Assembly: GCA_041652555.1 (NCBI GenBank)
Contig: JBAZHE010000003.1
Span: 4,096-68,095 of the forward strand
Reading direction: 5' to 3'
Length of the DNA stretch: 64,000 nt
DNA from: Patescibacteria group bacterium
GTDB taxonomy: Bacteria; Patescibacteriota; Patescibacteriia; Patescibacteriales; WJLG01
Positions within the stretch are counted from its first letter, which is position 1. The number at the start of each line of letters is the position of its first letter. Below the pieces are notes generated by a model, which was given only the letters and a program-made list of their open reading frames with translations, made no database searches and was not told the origin of the DNA. The translations under genes were made by a program, and so were the position numbers. Shown here in pieces: positions 16,236-26,326 of the stretch.

Positions 16236-16540
16236 CCGAAAACACCAAAAACCAATATCGATGCGAGACGTGTTGTAATTACGCATCTACAGATTGCCCA
16301 TCTGAAACAAACAAACTGTTATTTGATATCAATCATAATAATTTTTTGGGGTTCTCAATACAACGTGATAAAATGTATAATATTACAGAAACAATTGGTT
16401 GCGCTTCACACTCTTCCTTTATTAAAAATCCCACTAAACACTTAAGTAATCTTATCAAACACTTTGAAGCAATGGATGACCACGAAGATTTGTATCTTTG
16501 TGATATTATTGCATTGTTGAAAGGTGAGATTGAAACATAA
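16232..16540 (+). CDS. Cys-rich hypothetical protein (102 aa)
   Basis: ORF track; ATGA overlap with upstream gene. Confidence 0.55.
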   Translation: MTENTKNQYRCETCCNYASTDCPSETNKLLFDINHNNFLGFSIQRDKMYNITETIGCASHSSFIKNPTKHLSNLIKHFEAMDDHEDLYLCDIIALLKGEIET

Positions 16541-16642
16541 ATTTACATAACAAACCTTTAAATATAAATAAAACATAACTATATCACGCGTGTAAACGCA
16601 ATTCTGTATAGTTATCAGAACATAAATTTTTGGGAGACCCAA

Positions 16643-17336
16643 ATGGAAACTTACGAAGATAAACTCATTAAAGAACGATATTGCGTCGATGGAGAAAATA
16701 GTTATCCCGATGTTTGTGAACGTGTAGCGCGATTCATTTCAAGCAACGACGAACAATATCATCAGTTCAAGAAAATTCTTGTAGATAAAGATTTTTTGCC
16801 CAACTCACCAACCCTGATGAATGCCGGAACTTCTAACCCCGCCTTGTCAGCGTGTTTCTTTTTGCCGGTAGAAGATACAATTGAAAGTATTTTTGATGCT
16901 AACAAAAATGCAGCAAAAATCTTCGCTCGTGGGGGCGGGGTCGGATTCAATTTCTCAAAACTCCGACCCGCTGGAAGCAAAGTTGGAAAACGCAACGGTG
17001 TTTCCTCCGGTGTGGTTTCATTTATGGAAGTTTTTAACACAATGACAGAGGTTGTCAAGCAAGGAGGCCGTCGCCGGGGAGCTATGATGGGATGCCTTGA
17101 TATTGCGCATCCAGAAATCAAAAACTTTGTGACATGTAAACAGACAGAAGGAAAACTCTCTAACTTTAATATCTCTGTCAAACTCACAGATGAATTCATG
17201 AAGAATCCCACACCCGAAATCATGAACTTGATTGTGAACGGAATTTACAATAACGGAGAGCCGGGAATTCTGTTCAAAGATACAATCGAAAAGTATAACC
17301 CGGCTCCCGAATATGGAGAACTCAATACAAATCCAT
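16643..17336 (+). CDS. nrdJ: class II (B12-dependent) ribonucleotide reductase, exon 1
   Basis: FLPNSPTLMNAG, LSACFFLPVEDT, GGGVGFNFSKLRPAGS, QGGRRRGAMM; exon ends ...NTNP + T (first base of the Cys codon). Confidence 0.9.
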
Positions 17337-17607
17337 TAAACTCCGTGTGGATTTAAAATCGCGTAAATTGCTGGAACACCCTTAAGCATCTCTAACTACA
17401 ACGCAATCAGAAATGATAAACGTGAACGTTTTAAAAATAGAAATGATTGGGCAATCAGCAGCCAAGCATCTTATCAATAAGATGAAGGTTCAGAGACTAT
17501 AGACGCGACATCGATGATATAGTCCGATCTCATATGAGAATATGAGAGTGTGACAGAAATGATCACACCTGCAACGAAGCATCGTTGCTGTAACAAAAAA
17601 CCTCTTG
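17337..17607 (+). ncRNA. group I self-splicing intron, 271 nt, no ORF
   Basis: P1: exon AATCCAT (17330-36) pairs with intron GTGGATT (17347-53), U-G wobble at the splice site; core CAGAGACTATA (17491-501) and GATATAGTCC (17516-25) with P7 GACTA/TAGTC; three 3' hairpins; terminal G 17607; splicing gives an in-frame TNPCGE. Confidence 0.85.
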
Positions 17608-19001
17608 GCGGGGAGGCTCTATTAGAATCATGGGGGAGCTGCAACTTGGGTAGCATCAACCTTTCCCACCACATAAAAGACAATGCAATTGACTACGACA
17701 AACTCAAAGCCACAATAGACACAGCGGTTATATTCCTCAATAATGTAATCGACAAAAACAAATACCCACTCCAAGAAATTGACTTTGCATCCAAGCGAAC
17801 GCGCAAGATCGGTCTCGGTGTTATGGGATTCCACGACGCGTTGATTAAAATGGGGATTCCTTATAATAGTCAGAAGGCACTTGATATTGCCGAAGAAATT
17901 ATGAAATTTATTAATGAGCGCGCACATGAAGTGTCAGAGTCATTGGGTAAGAATCCGAATATCAAACAGAACAGGTTAAATGCTTCATTGACTTCGATTG
18001 CACCAACGGGAACAATTAGTATTATTGCGGGTGCTTCATCAGGTATCGAACCCGCATTTAATTGGGTATATACGCGGCATGACACGTTGGGCGAACATTA
18101 TATTGTGCATCCGTTGTTTGAAGAAGCGTTGAAAAATCTAATGACTGATCTTAATGGCAAAGTAGGATTCTTCGTAACCGTGGATGGCGTAAAATATGAT
18201 ACGTTGGATGGAACGAGACAAGCCATTATTAGACACTGCCATGAAAAGGGGACGATTCGCGATATAGAATTTTTACCAGATTCTTTCAAACTCCTCTACC
18301 AAAACGCAATGGACATCCCTTCATCAATGCACGTAAAAATGCAGGCCACATTCCAAAAGAATGTGGATATGTCCATTTCAAAAACAATCAACCTTCCAAA
18401 CTCTGCTACTAAAGAAGAAATCAAACAGATCATTATTGACGCGTGGAAGAGTGGTTGTAAAGGTCTTACAATCTATCGCAATGGTAGCCGTGAGAATGAA
18501 GTGTTGGCACTTAAGAAACCCGTGGTTGTTGAAAGTATCGTAGATTGGATCGAAACTGAAAATGCTTTCTACGAATCCAAAACCCCCGCTGTAATTTACA
18601 AAGTCCATAGTGGATGCGGGAAATTCTATGTTATCATTGGCCACGACAAAGAGGAACCAACAATGATCTTTGTGGAAGGTGATGGTGTTGGTGGGTGTCA
18701 GGCAAATATGGCAGCAATGGGGCGTTCTATTTCGGCAGGATTGGAATGGGGGACACCAGCAGAGAACTATGTAAAACAATTCTCTAAAGTAAAGTGCATG
18801 ACGGCGATGCAGAACAAATTATCGTGTGGTAAATCGTGCGCGGATATTACAGGAAAATGTTTGGACGATGCGATAAAAATGTTAATGCCCAAAAGTATAA
18901 AGGTTGAAGCAACAGAAGAAAAATGTTGTGACGCGCCGCATTATGTGATGGAAGGCGGATGCAGGATTTGTACGAATTGTGGCAAAAGTAGGTGTTCGTG
19001 A
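17608..19001 (+). CDS. nrdJ: class II ribonucleotide reductase, exon 2
   Basis: Begins GC GGG GAG.. giving C-GEALLESWGSCNLGSINL; RKIGLGVMGFHDAL, TSIAPTGTIS, ISKTINLP; Cys-rich C-terminal tail; exons total 2088 nt = 695 aa. Confidence 0.9.
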
Positions 19002-19318
19002 TGGTTAATCAAAAACTAACACCCCCACTACCGTGCCATAGAACCGGAGAAATCTACATCAACTTCGAAGATTGTAACCAAGACATTCTCTTATTTTGTG
19101 CGTTTCGATACGCTCTCGGTCGTCAAACTTATGTTGTCAGCACTATCGCTGATATCATAAAAGCAAACTGGGATCATATGCCACAGAGTAGAAGAAATCT
19201 TTTTAGAAAAGAAATAGAAGAAGCGATTGAAAAGGGATATGCGGGTAGTGTAAATATTGATGTGCCGGAATGGTTGTCGATTTTGCACTTGGTTGATACG
19301 GTGGTTGGAAATGATTGA
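19001..19318 (+). CDS. conserved phage-type hypothetical protein (105 aa)
   Basis: FRYALGRQTYVVS motif as seen in many phage proteins; ATG 19001 behind AGGTG RBS. Confidence 0.55.
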   Translation: MVNQKLTPPLPCHRTGEIYINFEDCNQDILLFCAFRYALGRQTYVVSTIADIIKANWDHMPQSRRNLFRKEIEEAIEKGYAGSVNIDVPEWLSILHLVDTVVGND

Positions 19319-19685
19319 CAAAAATGAAAAACTATTACCATGTCCATTTTGTGGAAGTAACGATCTAGAAATAGTGCCAGATCTGGCAGAAGATGATAAC
19401 AACCGAATTTATGCATATCATGTTTTTTGTAAAGATTGCTATGCGAGGGGGAGAAATCTCTATCCTCATTGTTGGTGCGAATCCGAACAACAAGCAATCG
19501 AAGCGTGGAACAATAGATTTATTCCAGCAATGATACCTGATGAAGTTGATGATAACCGTGTTCAATTATCTACAGATGCATTATTTATTATTAGAAGAGA
19601 ACTTATGAATTCTGAAAATATAATTAAACATATAAACGATCTTTTAACGCCAATTCAAATGGTTTCAAAAAAGGAGAAAAAATGA
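19311..19685 (+). CDS. Lar-family restriction-alleviation-like zinc protein
   Basis: LLPCPFCGSNDLEI ... CKDC ... QQAIEAWNNR, hallmark of Lar-like proteins; start at ATG 19311 overlapping upstream stop. Confidence 0.6.
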   Translation: MIDKNEKLLPCPFCGSNDLEIVPDLAEDDNNRIYAYHVFCKDCYARGRNLYPHCWCESEQQAIEAWNNRFIPAMIPDEVDDNRVQLSTDALFIIRRELMNSENIIKHINDLLTPIQMVSKKEKK

Positions 19686-19858
19686 TTAAGTTTATAGCAT
19701 TTACGTGTTGTGCGACTTGCGAACATAAGAAAACAAAAGAAAGTTCGTGTCATACAAATATGACTTGTGATCTTGATAACAGCGAGACGGATGATAATCT
19801 TGTTTGTGGGCAATGGAATATGAGCGAGTGTTTGAAGAGGTTTACGAATAAAGAGTAA
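19682..19858 (+). CDS. small Cys-rich protein (58 aa)
   Basis: Not in track; ATGA overlap, AAGGAG RBS. Confidence 0.4.
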   Translation: MIKFIAFTCCATCEHKKTKESSCHTNMTCDLDNSETDDNLVCGQWNMSECLKRFTNKE

Positions 19859-19911
19859 CAACATTTAATAACTATTAGAACGTATACTATTTACTATGAA
19901 AGGTAACAATC

Positions 19912-20919
19912 ATGTATAATGGAATTAAACGATGCTCAAATTACGAAGATGTAGATGCAACAATAGGATTATTGCATCTGTTATTTGGAGAAGTTCAATA
20001 TGGATATTATTTCAACTCCCGCATTCAAAAACCCGGGTTCCTGAAATACAGTATGTATTTTACTACACCTTTTGACAACATCGCCGAAAAAGAATATGGT
20101 GATCACAATGGGTTTTGCAAAGAAGAACACAAAACGTTTGAAAAGTGGGGGGTAATTAACGGAGAAAAAACAAAAGACTTAATGCAACATATCCCGCTAC
20201 AATATGATGATCATTCTCCGGCAGTATCATACGATTGTAACCACGGAAACCAATTTGATCGTGTTACCCCAACATACAAAGAAGCAATAACACGAAACAT
20301 ATGGTTTAATAACACATCAAGTCGGGGATTTTTTGAGCAGTTCAAGCGAAAGAACCGAAACCAAATTCTTGAAGATCTCGAACGTTCAATGTTGTATCAG
20401 GTTACATTTGATATTCCATTTGATGTTTTATCTGAGCATATAGTTATTGACAAAATTCAATATAATGGAGAAAACGAAAGTCACATCAATTTATATGCTC
20501 CAAAAGACACATCAAACCCAGTTCAAGAATTATTGAGAGATCTTGTTCGGGTGGAGTCCGTATTAACAGAAATGGCAAATTGCATCAACGAGATAAAATC
20601 CGATCCGGAAAAATATAAAAGAGATAATACCGAAGACTCATGGGCAAAAGAATGTTGTAAAGACGGGTACAACATGGAAAATGCAGAAGTCCTTCTGACA
20701 AAGTGCCAAAAAGCATTTAAACAGATGGAAGAAGTGTTATATCAGGCGCGATATTTTGATGTCAATGCGGAGCCGAAAATATCGGATATTACAAAATGTG
20801 CTCATAAAAAATGCACTCGCAACGCAGCAGAAGGCAGCAAATTCTGTGATCAATGCATCCAACTCCCTACAAAAGAATGTAACTATTGTGAAGTGGGAAA
20901 ATTTAATACGCGCATATAA
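19912..20919 (+). CDS. hypothetical protein (335 aa), C-terminal Cys cluster
   Basis: ORF track; no motif recognised. Confidence 0.6.
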   Translation: MYNGIKRCSNYEDVDATIGLLHLLFGEVQYGYYFNSRIQKPGFLKYSMYFTTPFDNIAEKEYGDHNGFCKEEHKTFEKWGVINGEKTKDLMQHIPLQYDDHSPAVSYDCNHGNQFDRVTPTYKEAITRNIWFNNTSSRGFFEQFKRKNRNQILEDLERSMLYQVTFDIPFDVLSEHIVIDKIQYNGENESHINLYAPKDTSNPVQELLRDLVRVESVLTEMANCINEIKSDPEKYKRDNTEDSWAKECCKDGYNMENAEVLLTKCQKAFKQMEEVLYQARYFDVNAEPKISDITKCAHKKCTRNAAEGSKFCDQCIQLPTKECNYCEVGKFNTRI

Positions 20920-20995
20920 GTATAGATAGTGCAGAAACAATAGAACGATTTATAAAAACGAAGACGGCGAAGCAAATTTGTAAGGAGAAATAAAA

Positions 20996-21538
20996 ATGAA
21001 AACTGGAACAAAATCTCTGTTGTGGGGCGTACATCAAATATTTTGGCATCCACTAACTGTTACACTCGCATGGAAAGAACTCTATAAATCGTGGCCATCA
21101 TGGAAAGAATTTGTTTGTATCTTCATCCACGATTTGGGATATTGGGGATGCCCAAATATGGATGGCACAGAGGGAGAAAATCATCCGGTGTGGGCAGCGA
21201 GTTTTGCAGCAAAATATCTCGATACAAAAACCGATACAGAATGGCGGCATTATAGAAATTTATGTTTATATCATTCTCGGCATTTTGCAAGAGCACGAAA
21301 CACAATTCCATCCAAACTTTGTTGGGCCGACAAACTATGTTACAAATATGATCCCGTTTGGTTCTACACACTGCGCGCCAAATTGAGTGGTGAAATAAAA
21401 GAATACCGCGCGCTTCCTCAAAGCCAAAACTTTAAAGGCTCTGATTCTGACTGGTATAGAGAACAAAGAAAATTATATATTAAACTTGCACTTTCACAGA
21501 AAGCAGATACTATTCCGTATCAGGATGTGAAGAATTGA
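20996..21538 (+). CDS. hypothetical protein, possible HD-type phosphohydrolase
   Basis: ORF track; IFIHDLGYWG and YHSRHF resemble H..HD metal sites; weak. Confidence 0.5.
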   Translation: MKTGTKSLLWGVHQIFWHPLTVTLAWKELYKSWPSWKEFVCIFIHDLGYWGCPNMDGTEGENHPVWAASFAAKYLDTKTDTEWRHYRNLCLYHSRHFARARNTIPSKLCWADKLCYKYDPVWFYTLRAKLSGEIKEYRALPQSQNFKGSDSDWYREQRKLYIKLALSQKADTIPYQDVKN

Positions 21539-21777
21539 TTAGAATAAAAATAATAGAAAATGCTGGAAATCATTTTGCTCAACGATTTTTAAAAAATTGT
21601 TTTGGTGGTGATGAAGCAGTAGCATACCTCGCATCCCAAAAAGCACATTGGCTTGAAAATCACGAAAGGGAAATTGGATTTCTCACTAAAGAATTCGGGG
21701 ATTTAAAAATATCGATTGGAGATGATTATGAGTTGTTTGATTCCGAATACACCGATTTATTTGAGGTTGTTGAATGA
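21535..21777 (+). CDS. hypothetical protein (80 aa)
   Basis: ORF track; ATGA overlaps at both ends. Confidence 0.5.
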   Translation: MIRIKIIENAGNHFAQRFLKNCFGGDEAVAYLASQKAHWLENHEREIGFLTKEFGDLKISIGDDYELFDSEYTDLFEVVE

Positions 21778-23330
21778 TTATCCAAGGCGACGCTTTAACA
21801 GTTTTGAAAAGGATGGATAGTGAGTCAGTGCATTGTGCGGTAACGTCAAGTCCATATTATGGATTGCGTTCGTACAATACCGAACCACAAATATGGGATG
21901 GAGATCCAAACTGCCAACATGAATGGGGGGAAGTTCATCCACCGGGATATAGATCATCTGATACAAAACCGGGTCCAATGCAACATGAAGGGAATACGCA
22001 CCGTGAGAATTTGCGAAGTGATATTTGTTCAAAGTGTGGAGCGTGGAAAGGTGAACTGGGACAAGAGCCTACACCTGAATTGTTTGTTAAACACCTAACA
22101 ACTATCTTTCATGAATTAAAAAGGATTTTAAGAAGCGACGGTGTTTTCTGGATGAATATTGGGGATAGTTATTGTGCTTCTAAATGCGGATCGTTCAACG
22201 GTGGATCAGATATTCTTAAAGGAAGAAATCTTGAAGGTCACTCTAAATCCGGGAATGTAGATAAGTCAAAACTTATGGGAATGAAACCCAAAGACCTTAT
22301 TGGTATCCCGTGGGCTTTAGCATTTTCTATGCGCTCCGATGGTGCCTCATCACCACAGACAATGTATACAGTAGAAAAAATCAAAACTTCGTTGCTTCGA
22401 GATTATGATACTTGGAATGACGTTCCAAAACATACTAAAAGAACAATTGAAGATTTGGATGAAGAGTGGTTAAAAGCAAGTAAGGGGGGTTGGTATCTCC
22501 GTTCTGATATTCCTTGGGTAAAAAGAAATTCACTTCCATCATCTGTAACAGATCGCCCCGGCTCTTCCATTGAACACATATTCTTATTCTCAAAATCACA
22601 GAAATATTACTATGACTACATAGCAACAATGCAACTTTCATCAGAATCTTACAACAAAGATAAAAGACCGCGCGGTGTTATTCGTCAATGCGTAAACACA
22701 AACTCCAAGTATCCAGATGGGGGGCAATTTAAAAAGCAAGATAACACAGGGAATGAAACTTACACAGGATTTAACGCTCGCTATGAACCTAATGGTTATG
22801 GCCTTCGTTACATGCGGGATTCCGATTTCTTCTTCAAGACATGGCAAGGACTTCTTCACAATGAAGATGGTGAACCAATGGCTCTTGTGGTAAATCCGAA
22901 ACCGTATAAAGGTTCACATTTTGCCGCATATCCGATAAGGCTTGTAGAACCCCTAATTCTCGCGGGAACATCAGAAAAAGGCGTTTGCCCACATTGTGGA
23001 GCGCCGTGGGTTAGAGTTGCGAAAAAAGAATCATATATAACTCGCCCCACCATTGGTTCTGATGATCAGAAGCAAAAACTCAATCCCGGTAATGCGCAGG
23101 GATTAGAACGCACTGGTGGTCATGTTGCTCAAATTACTGAAACCATAGATTGGCAACCATCTTGTAATTGCACAAATAACATACCAGTTCCCGCCACAAT
23201 TCTCGATCCCTTCTCCGGCTCATCAGCAACCGGTGTCGCTTGTAAACTCCATAATCGTGATTATATTGGTATAGAACTCAATCCTGAATATTGTGAACTT
23301 GGAAGAAAACGTATTCGTGAAGGCAAATAA
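21774..23330 (+). CDS. N4-cytosine / N6-adenine DNA methyltransferase (beta class), large insertion
   Basis: Motif IV VTSSPYYGLRSY near N-terminus, motif I ILDPFSGSSATGVA near C-terminus; no adjacent nuclease. Confidence 0.85.
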   Translation: MIIQGDALTVLKRMDSESVHCAVTSSPYYGLRSYNTEPQIWDGDPNCQHEWGEVHPPGYRSSDTKPGPMQHEGNTHRENLRSDICSKCGAWKGELGQEPTPELFVKHLTTIFHELKRILRSDGVFWMNIGDSYCASKCGSFNGGSDILKGRNLEGHSKSGNVDKSKLMGMKPKDLIGIPWALAFSMRSDGASSPQTMYTVEKIKTSLLRDYDTWNDVPKHTKRTIEDLDEEWLKASKGGWYLRSDIPWVKRNSLPSSVTDRPGSSIEHIFLFSKSQKYYYDYIATMQLSSESYNKDKRPRGVIRQCVNTNSKYPDGGQFKKQDNTGNETYTGFNARYEPNGYGLRYMRDSDFFFKTWQGLLHNEDGEPMALVVNPKPYKGSHFAAYPIRLVEPLILAGTSEKGVCPHCGAPWVRVAKKESYITRPTIGSDDQKQKLNPGNAQGLERTGGHVAQITETIDWQPSCNCTNNIPVPATILDPFSGSSATGVACKLHNRDYIGIELNPEYCELGRKRIREGK

Positions 23331-23342
23331 CCCACCACAACC

Positions 23343-23359
23343 TTTTTATATTAACGCGT
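23343..23359 (+). promoter_or_regulatory. TATA-like box plus ACGCGT element for leaderless glycosyltransferase unit
   Basis: tttttatatta-acgcgt, ATG 23376 follows 17 nt later without RBS. Confidence 0.5.
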
Positions 23360-23375
23360 CCTATCTTATTACAAT

Positions 23376-24164
23376 ATGCCTCCTCTCGTTTCTGTTATCA
23401 TTCCAACTCACAACCGCAACCTATCTTTAAAACGAGCAATCCAAAGTGTCCTAGATCAGACTTTTACAGATTATGAAATTATTGTTGTAGATGACACATG
23501 GGCAACCAACGAAATTTCCGATAATTATCCAAATGTCCATTTTCTTCATATACCTACAACATCATATCCAGCCATATCCAGAAACATGGGCATTAAAGTT
23601 TCAAATGGAAAATACATTGCCTTTTTAGATGATGATGATGTTTGGTATCCAGAAAAATTAGCATCGCAGATATCAAGATTATTAATAGACCCAAAATTAG
23701 GATTGGTTTGCAGTAACGGGAACATAGGAAAAGATTTATATATTAAAAGAAATATTACAAATGAACCCGACATGCTTCCACAGGAAATAATAGGGGATTT
23801 CGTTGTAACATCGTCATGTGTAATTCGCAGAAGTTTATTGGAAAAAACAGGTCTATACAACCTGCTCCCACTTTGTGAAGACTATGATTTCTCAATAAGA
23901 TTTGTAGCAACAACACAAATTTATTACGACCCGACACCTTTGTTTGAATATACTATTTCAGAAAATAGTATACAAAAACGAAGTAACTATTCCTTTGTTG
24001 CTTATCACCAAAACGTTATAAAAGTAATGGAAAATTTACGAGAATTTTTAAAAAGGAACAATCTGGAAAAACCAGAAACATCGTTTTTAATTCATTATAG
24101 AATTCTCGATGAAAAAATAATGGTAATGTGGAATATAGTTAAAGATTTTATTAGAGGATATTAA
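23376..24164 (+). CDS. family 2 glycosyltransferase
   Basis: VSVIIPTHNR...IIVVDD...AFLDDDDVW. Confidence 0.85.
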   Translation: MPPLVSVIIPTHNRNLSLKRAIQSVLDQTFTDYEIIVVDDTWATNEISDNYPNVHFLHIPTTSYPAISRNMGIKVSNGKYIAFLDDDDVWYPEKLASQISRLLIDPKLGLVCSNGNIGKDLYIKRNITNEPDMLPQEIIGDFVVTSSCVIRRSLLEKTGLYNLLPLCEDYDFSIRFVATTQIYYDPTPLFEYTISENSIQKRSNYSFVAYHQNVIKVMENLREFLKRNNLEKPETSFLIHYRILDEKIMVMWNIVKDFIRGY

Positions 24165-25157
24165 ATGACAAAAATCTTTTTCGCCGGAGATATGCGCAGT
24201 CCTTTTATACAAGGAGATGCAGAACTTTTAAAGGAAGATCACGATGTTTTTATTTTTAACACCCCGATCAAAAAAATGGATTTTCCGCTTTATCTATTTA
24301 AATGTTTTCAACAAGTTTTAAATATTAGAAAATCAAATCTCGTCTGGGTTTGGTTTGCAGATTGCCCGGCACTACCATTAGTTATTATTGCAAAAATATT
24401 TAATATACCCACAGCTGTGAATGTCGGTGGATTTGAAGTTTCTGGAATATCTGAAATTAATTATGGAAATCAACTTAAACCAATCCGTGGATATGTTTCA
24501 AGATGGATTATAAGAAATGCAACAGAAATTATTGTTCCTTCCCCCGTATACAATGTTAAAACATTAAAAGTTGGTATAGGAATAAAATTGATGGATAATA
24601 CATTTGCATTGCCCGAAGACGATTATTATTTTGAAAATTATTACTTAACCCACACAATGGCTCATATAATCACAATTCCGAATTGGGTTGATACGGAAAC
24701 TTGTGATATACCACTTCCACAAAAAGAAGATCTTGCTGTAACCGCCGTGTGTTCGAAACATGCGTATGCTTATAAAGGAATTTCAATATTTCAAGAAGCA
24801 TCAAAAAATATTCTTTATAACACAAAAATATTAGAACATCTCCCACGAAAAGAATACGAGGACTATTTGAAACGCGCCAAAGTCTATTGCCAACTTTCAC
24901 GCGATGAAACATTTGGTATCTCACTTGTAGAGGCAATGGCATATGGTTGTGTGCCTGTTGTTAGCGATAAAGGTGCTTTGCCGTGGATTGTAGAAGACAC
25001 GGGTATTATCGTGCCTTATGGAGATGTTACAGCAACTATTAATGCAATTAATAAAGCAATGACTATGGACGGTTCAAAAGCGCGTGAGCGCGCACGTTAT
25101 TTCAGCCGTGAAAGAAAACAAGAATCGGTGAAACAACTCATCAAGGAATTAATATGA
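24165..25157 (+). CDS. GT-B (GT1/GT4-like) glycosyltransferase
   Basis: C-terminal ETFGISLVEAMAYGCVPVVSD (EX7E region). Confidence 0.75.
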   Translation: MTKIFFAGDMRSPFIQGDAELLKEDHDVFIFNTPIKKMDFPLYLFKCFQQVLNIRKSNLVWVWFADCPALPLVIIAKIFNIPTAVNVGGFEVSGISEINYGNQLKPIRGYVSRWIIRNATEIIVPSPVYNVKTLKVGIGIKLMDNTFALPEDDYYFENYYLTHTMAHIITIPNWVDTETCDIPLPQKEDLAVTAVCSKHAYAYKGISIFQEASKNILYNTKILEHLPRKEYEDYLKRAKVYCQLSRDETFGISLVEAMAYGCVPVVSDKGALPWIVEDTGIIVPYGDVTATINAINKAMTMDGSKARERARYFSRERKQESVKQLIKELI

Positions 25158-26326
25158 CACGTATTCTTATACTCGGAGACTACCCACTACCCAATGAAAC
25201 AATAACCGGCGGAATAATGCGGTCAGTTTATTTAACTGCCAATGCATTATCAAAATTGTGCCCAGAATATGACTTTCACGTATTGACAATCACGGATGGA
25301 ATTGATAAATCTTTTGTGTCAATCAACAAAAATCTTGCAATCCATTATATCCATTTTCCTTTAAGAAACAAACCAATCTTGGTTCCAAAATTCCTTTCCA
25401 AGCAATTGATATTGCATGAAATAAATAAAATAAAACCAGATTTAATCCACGCCAATGGTTCAAGCTGGGAATATGGATACCCAGCAATTGCATATAAAAA
25501 ATGTCCTGTTCTTATAACTGTTCACGGAGTGTCACACAATGAATCAAAATATTGGTCTGGTCTAAAAGGCGCGTGGCATCGTATAAGTTGTTGTAAAATG
25601 GAATCACACATCTTTGAAAAAATGGAAAACGTTGTTGCCGTTTCTTATTATGTAGAAAGAGAAATGAGAAAATGCATATCGAAAACACAATATGGAAACT
25701 ATGCGATACATGTAGATGTCATTTCCAACCCGGTTGATCCATGTTTTATGGATGTTACAACAAAATACACAATACCAAATCTATTATTATATGTTGGGGG
25801 GATTGAAAAACGAAAAGGATTAGACGTTCTTATCCGATCACTTTATATAGTTAAAAAACAAATGCCTTATATAAAATTGAATGTCGTTGGTTCGATACGA
25901 AGTCCTATATATTGCGCAGATATAATGAAACTCATTTCCGATTTGGATTTAATTGACAATGTGAATTTTGTTGGAAAAGTAAGCGATACATTATTAATGA
26001 AAGAATATTCTAATGCATCAATATATATTTCACCTTCATATGAAGAATCAGAGGGTATAACCATTCTTGAAGCGATGGCTACAGGAACACCAGTAATAGC
26101 AACCCGGTCGGGCGGTTCGGAAAGTATAATAAAAGATGGTGTTGATGGATTGTTGGTAAAAAACGGAAACCACGAAGAACTAGCATTTAAGATTTTAATT
26201 TGTGGTGATGCATTAAAAGAGCAACTTGGAAAAGGAGGGAGGGAAACAGCATTGAAATATTTACCGGAGAATATTGCGAAACAGTATATGGAAGTTTACA
26301 GGAGGTTGTTGAAATGCCAAAACTAA
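25154..26326 (+). CDS. family 4 glycosyltransferase
   Basis: SYEESEGITILEAMATGTPVIATRSGG; ATGA overlap. Confidence 0.85.
   Translation: MTRILILGDYPLPNETITGGIMRSVYLTANALSKLCPEYDFHVLTITDGIDKSFVSINKNLAIHYIHFPLRNKPILVPKFLSKQLILHEINKIKPDLIHANGSSWEYGYPAIAYKKCPVLITVHGVSHNESKYWSGLKGAWHRISCCKMESHIFEKMENVVAVSYYVEREMRKCISKTQYGNYAIHVDVISNPVDPCFMDVTTKYTIPNLLLYVGGIEKRKGLDVLIRSLYIVKKQMPYIKLNVVGSIRSPIYCADIMKLISDLDLIDNVNFVGKVSDTLLMKEYSNASIYISPSYEESEGITILEAMATGTPVIATRSGGSESIIKDGVDGLLVKNGNHEELAFKILICGDALKEQLGKGGRETALKYLPENIAKQYMEVYRRLLKCQN

Noticed and set aside
17337-17356. Last 7 codons (LNSVWI*) of ORF-track entry 16643..17356
   Set aside because: This is read-through into the intron P1 loop and internal guide sequence, not part of the RNR.
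17550-17607. N-terminal 19 codons (MTEMITPATKHRCCNKKPL) of ORF-track entry 17550..19001
   Set aside because: They lie inside the group I intron (P9 hairpins). The conserved RNR sequence starts only at 17608, and splicing gives a continuous TNPCGE motif.
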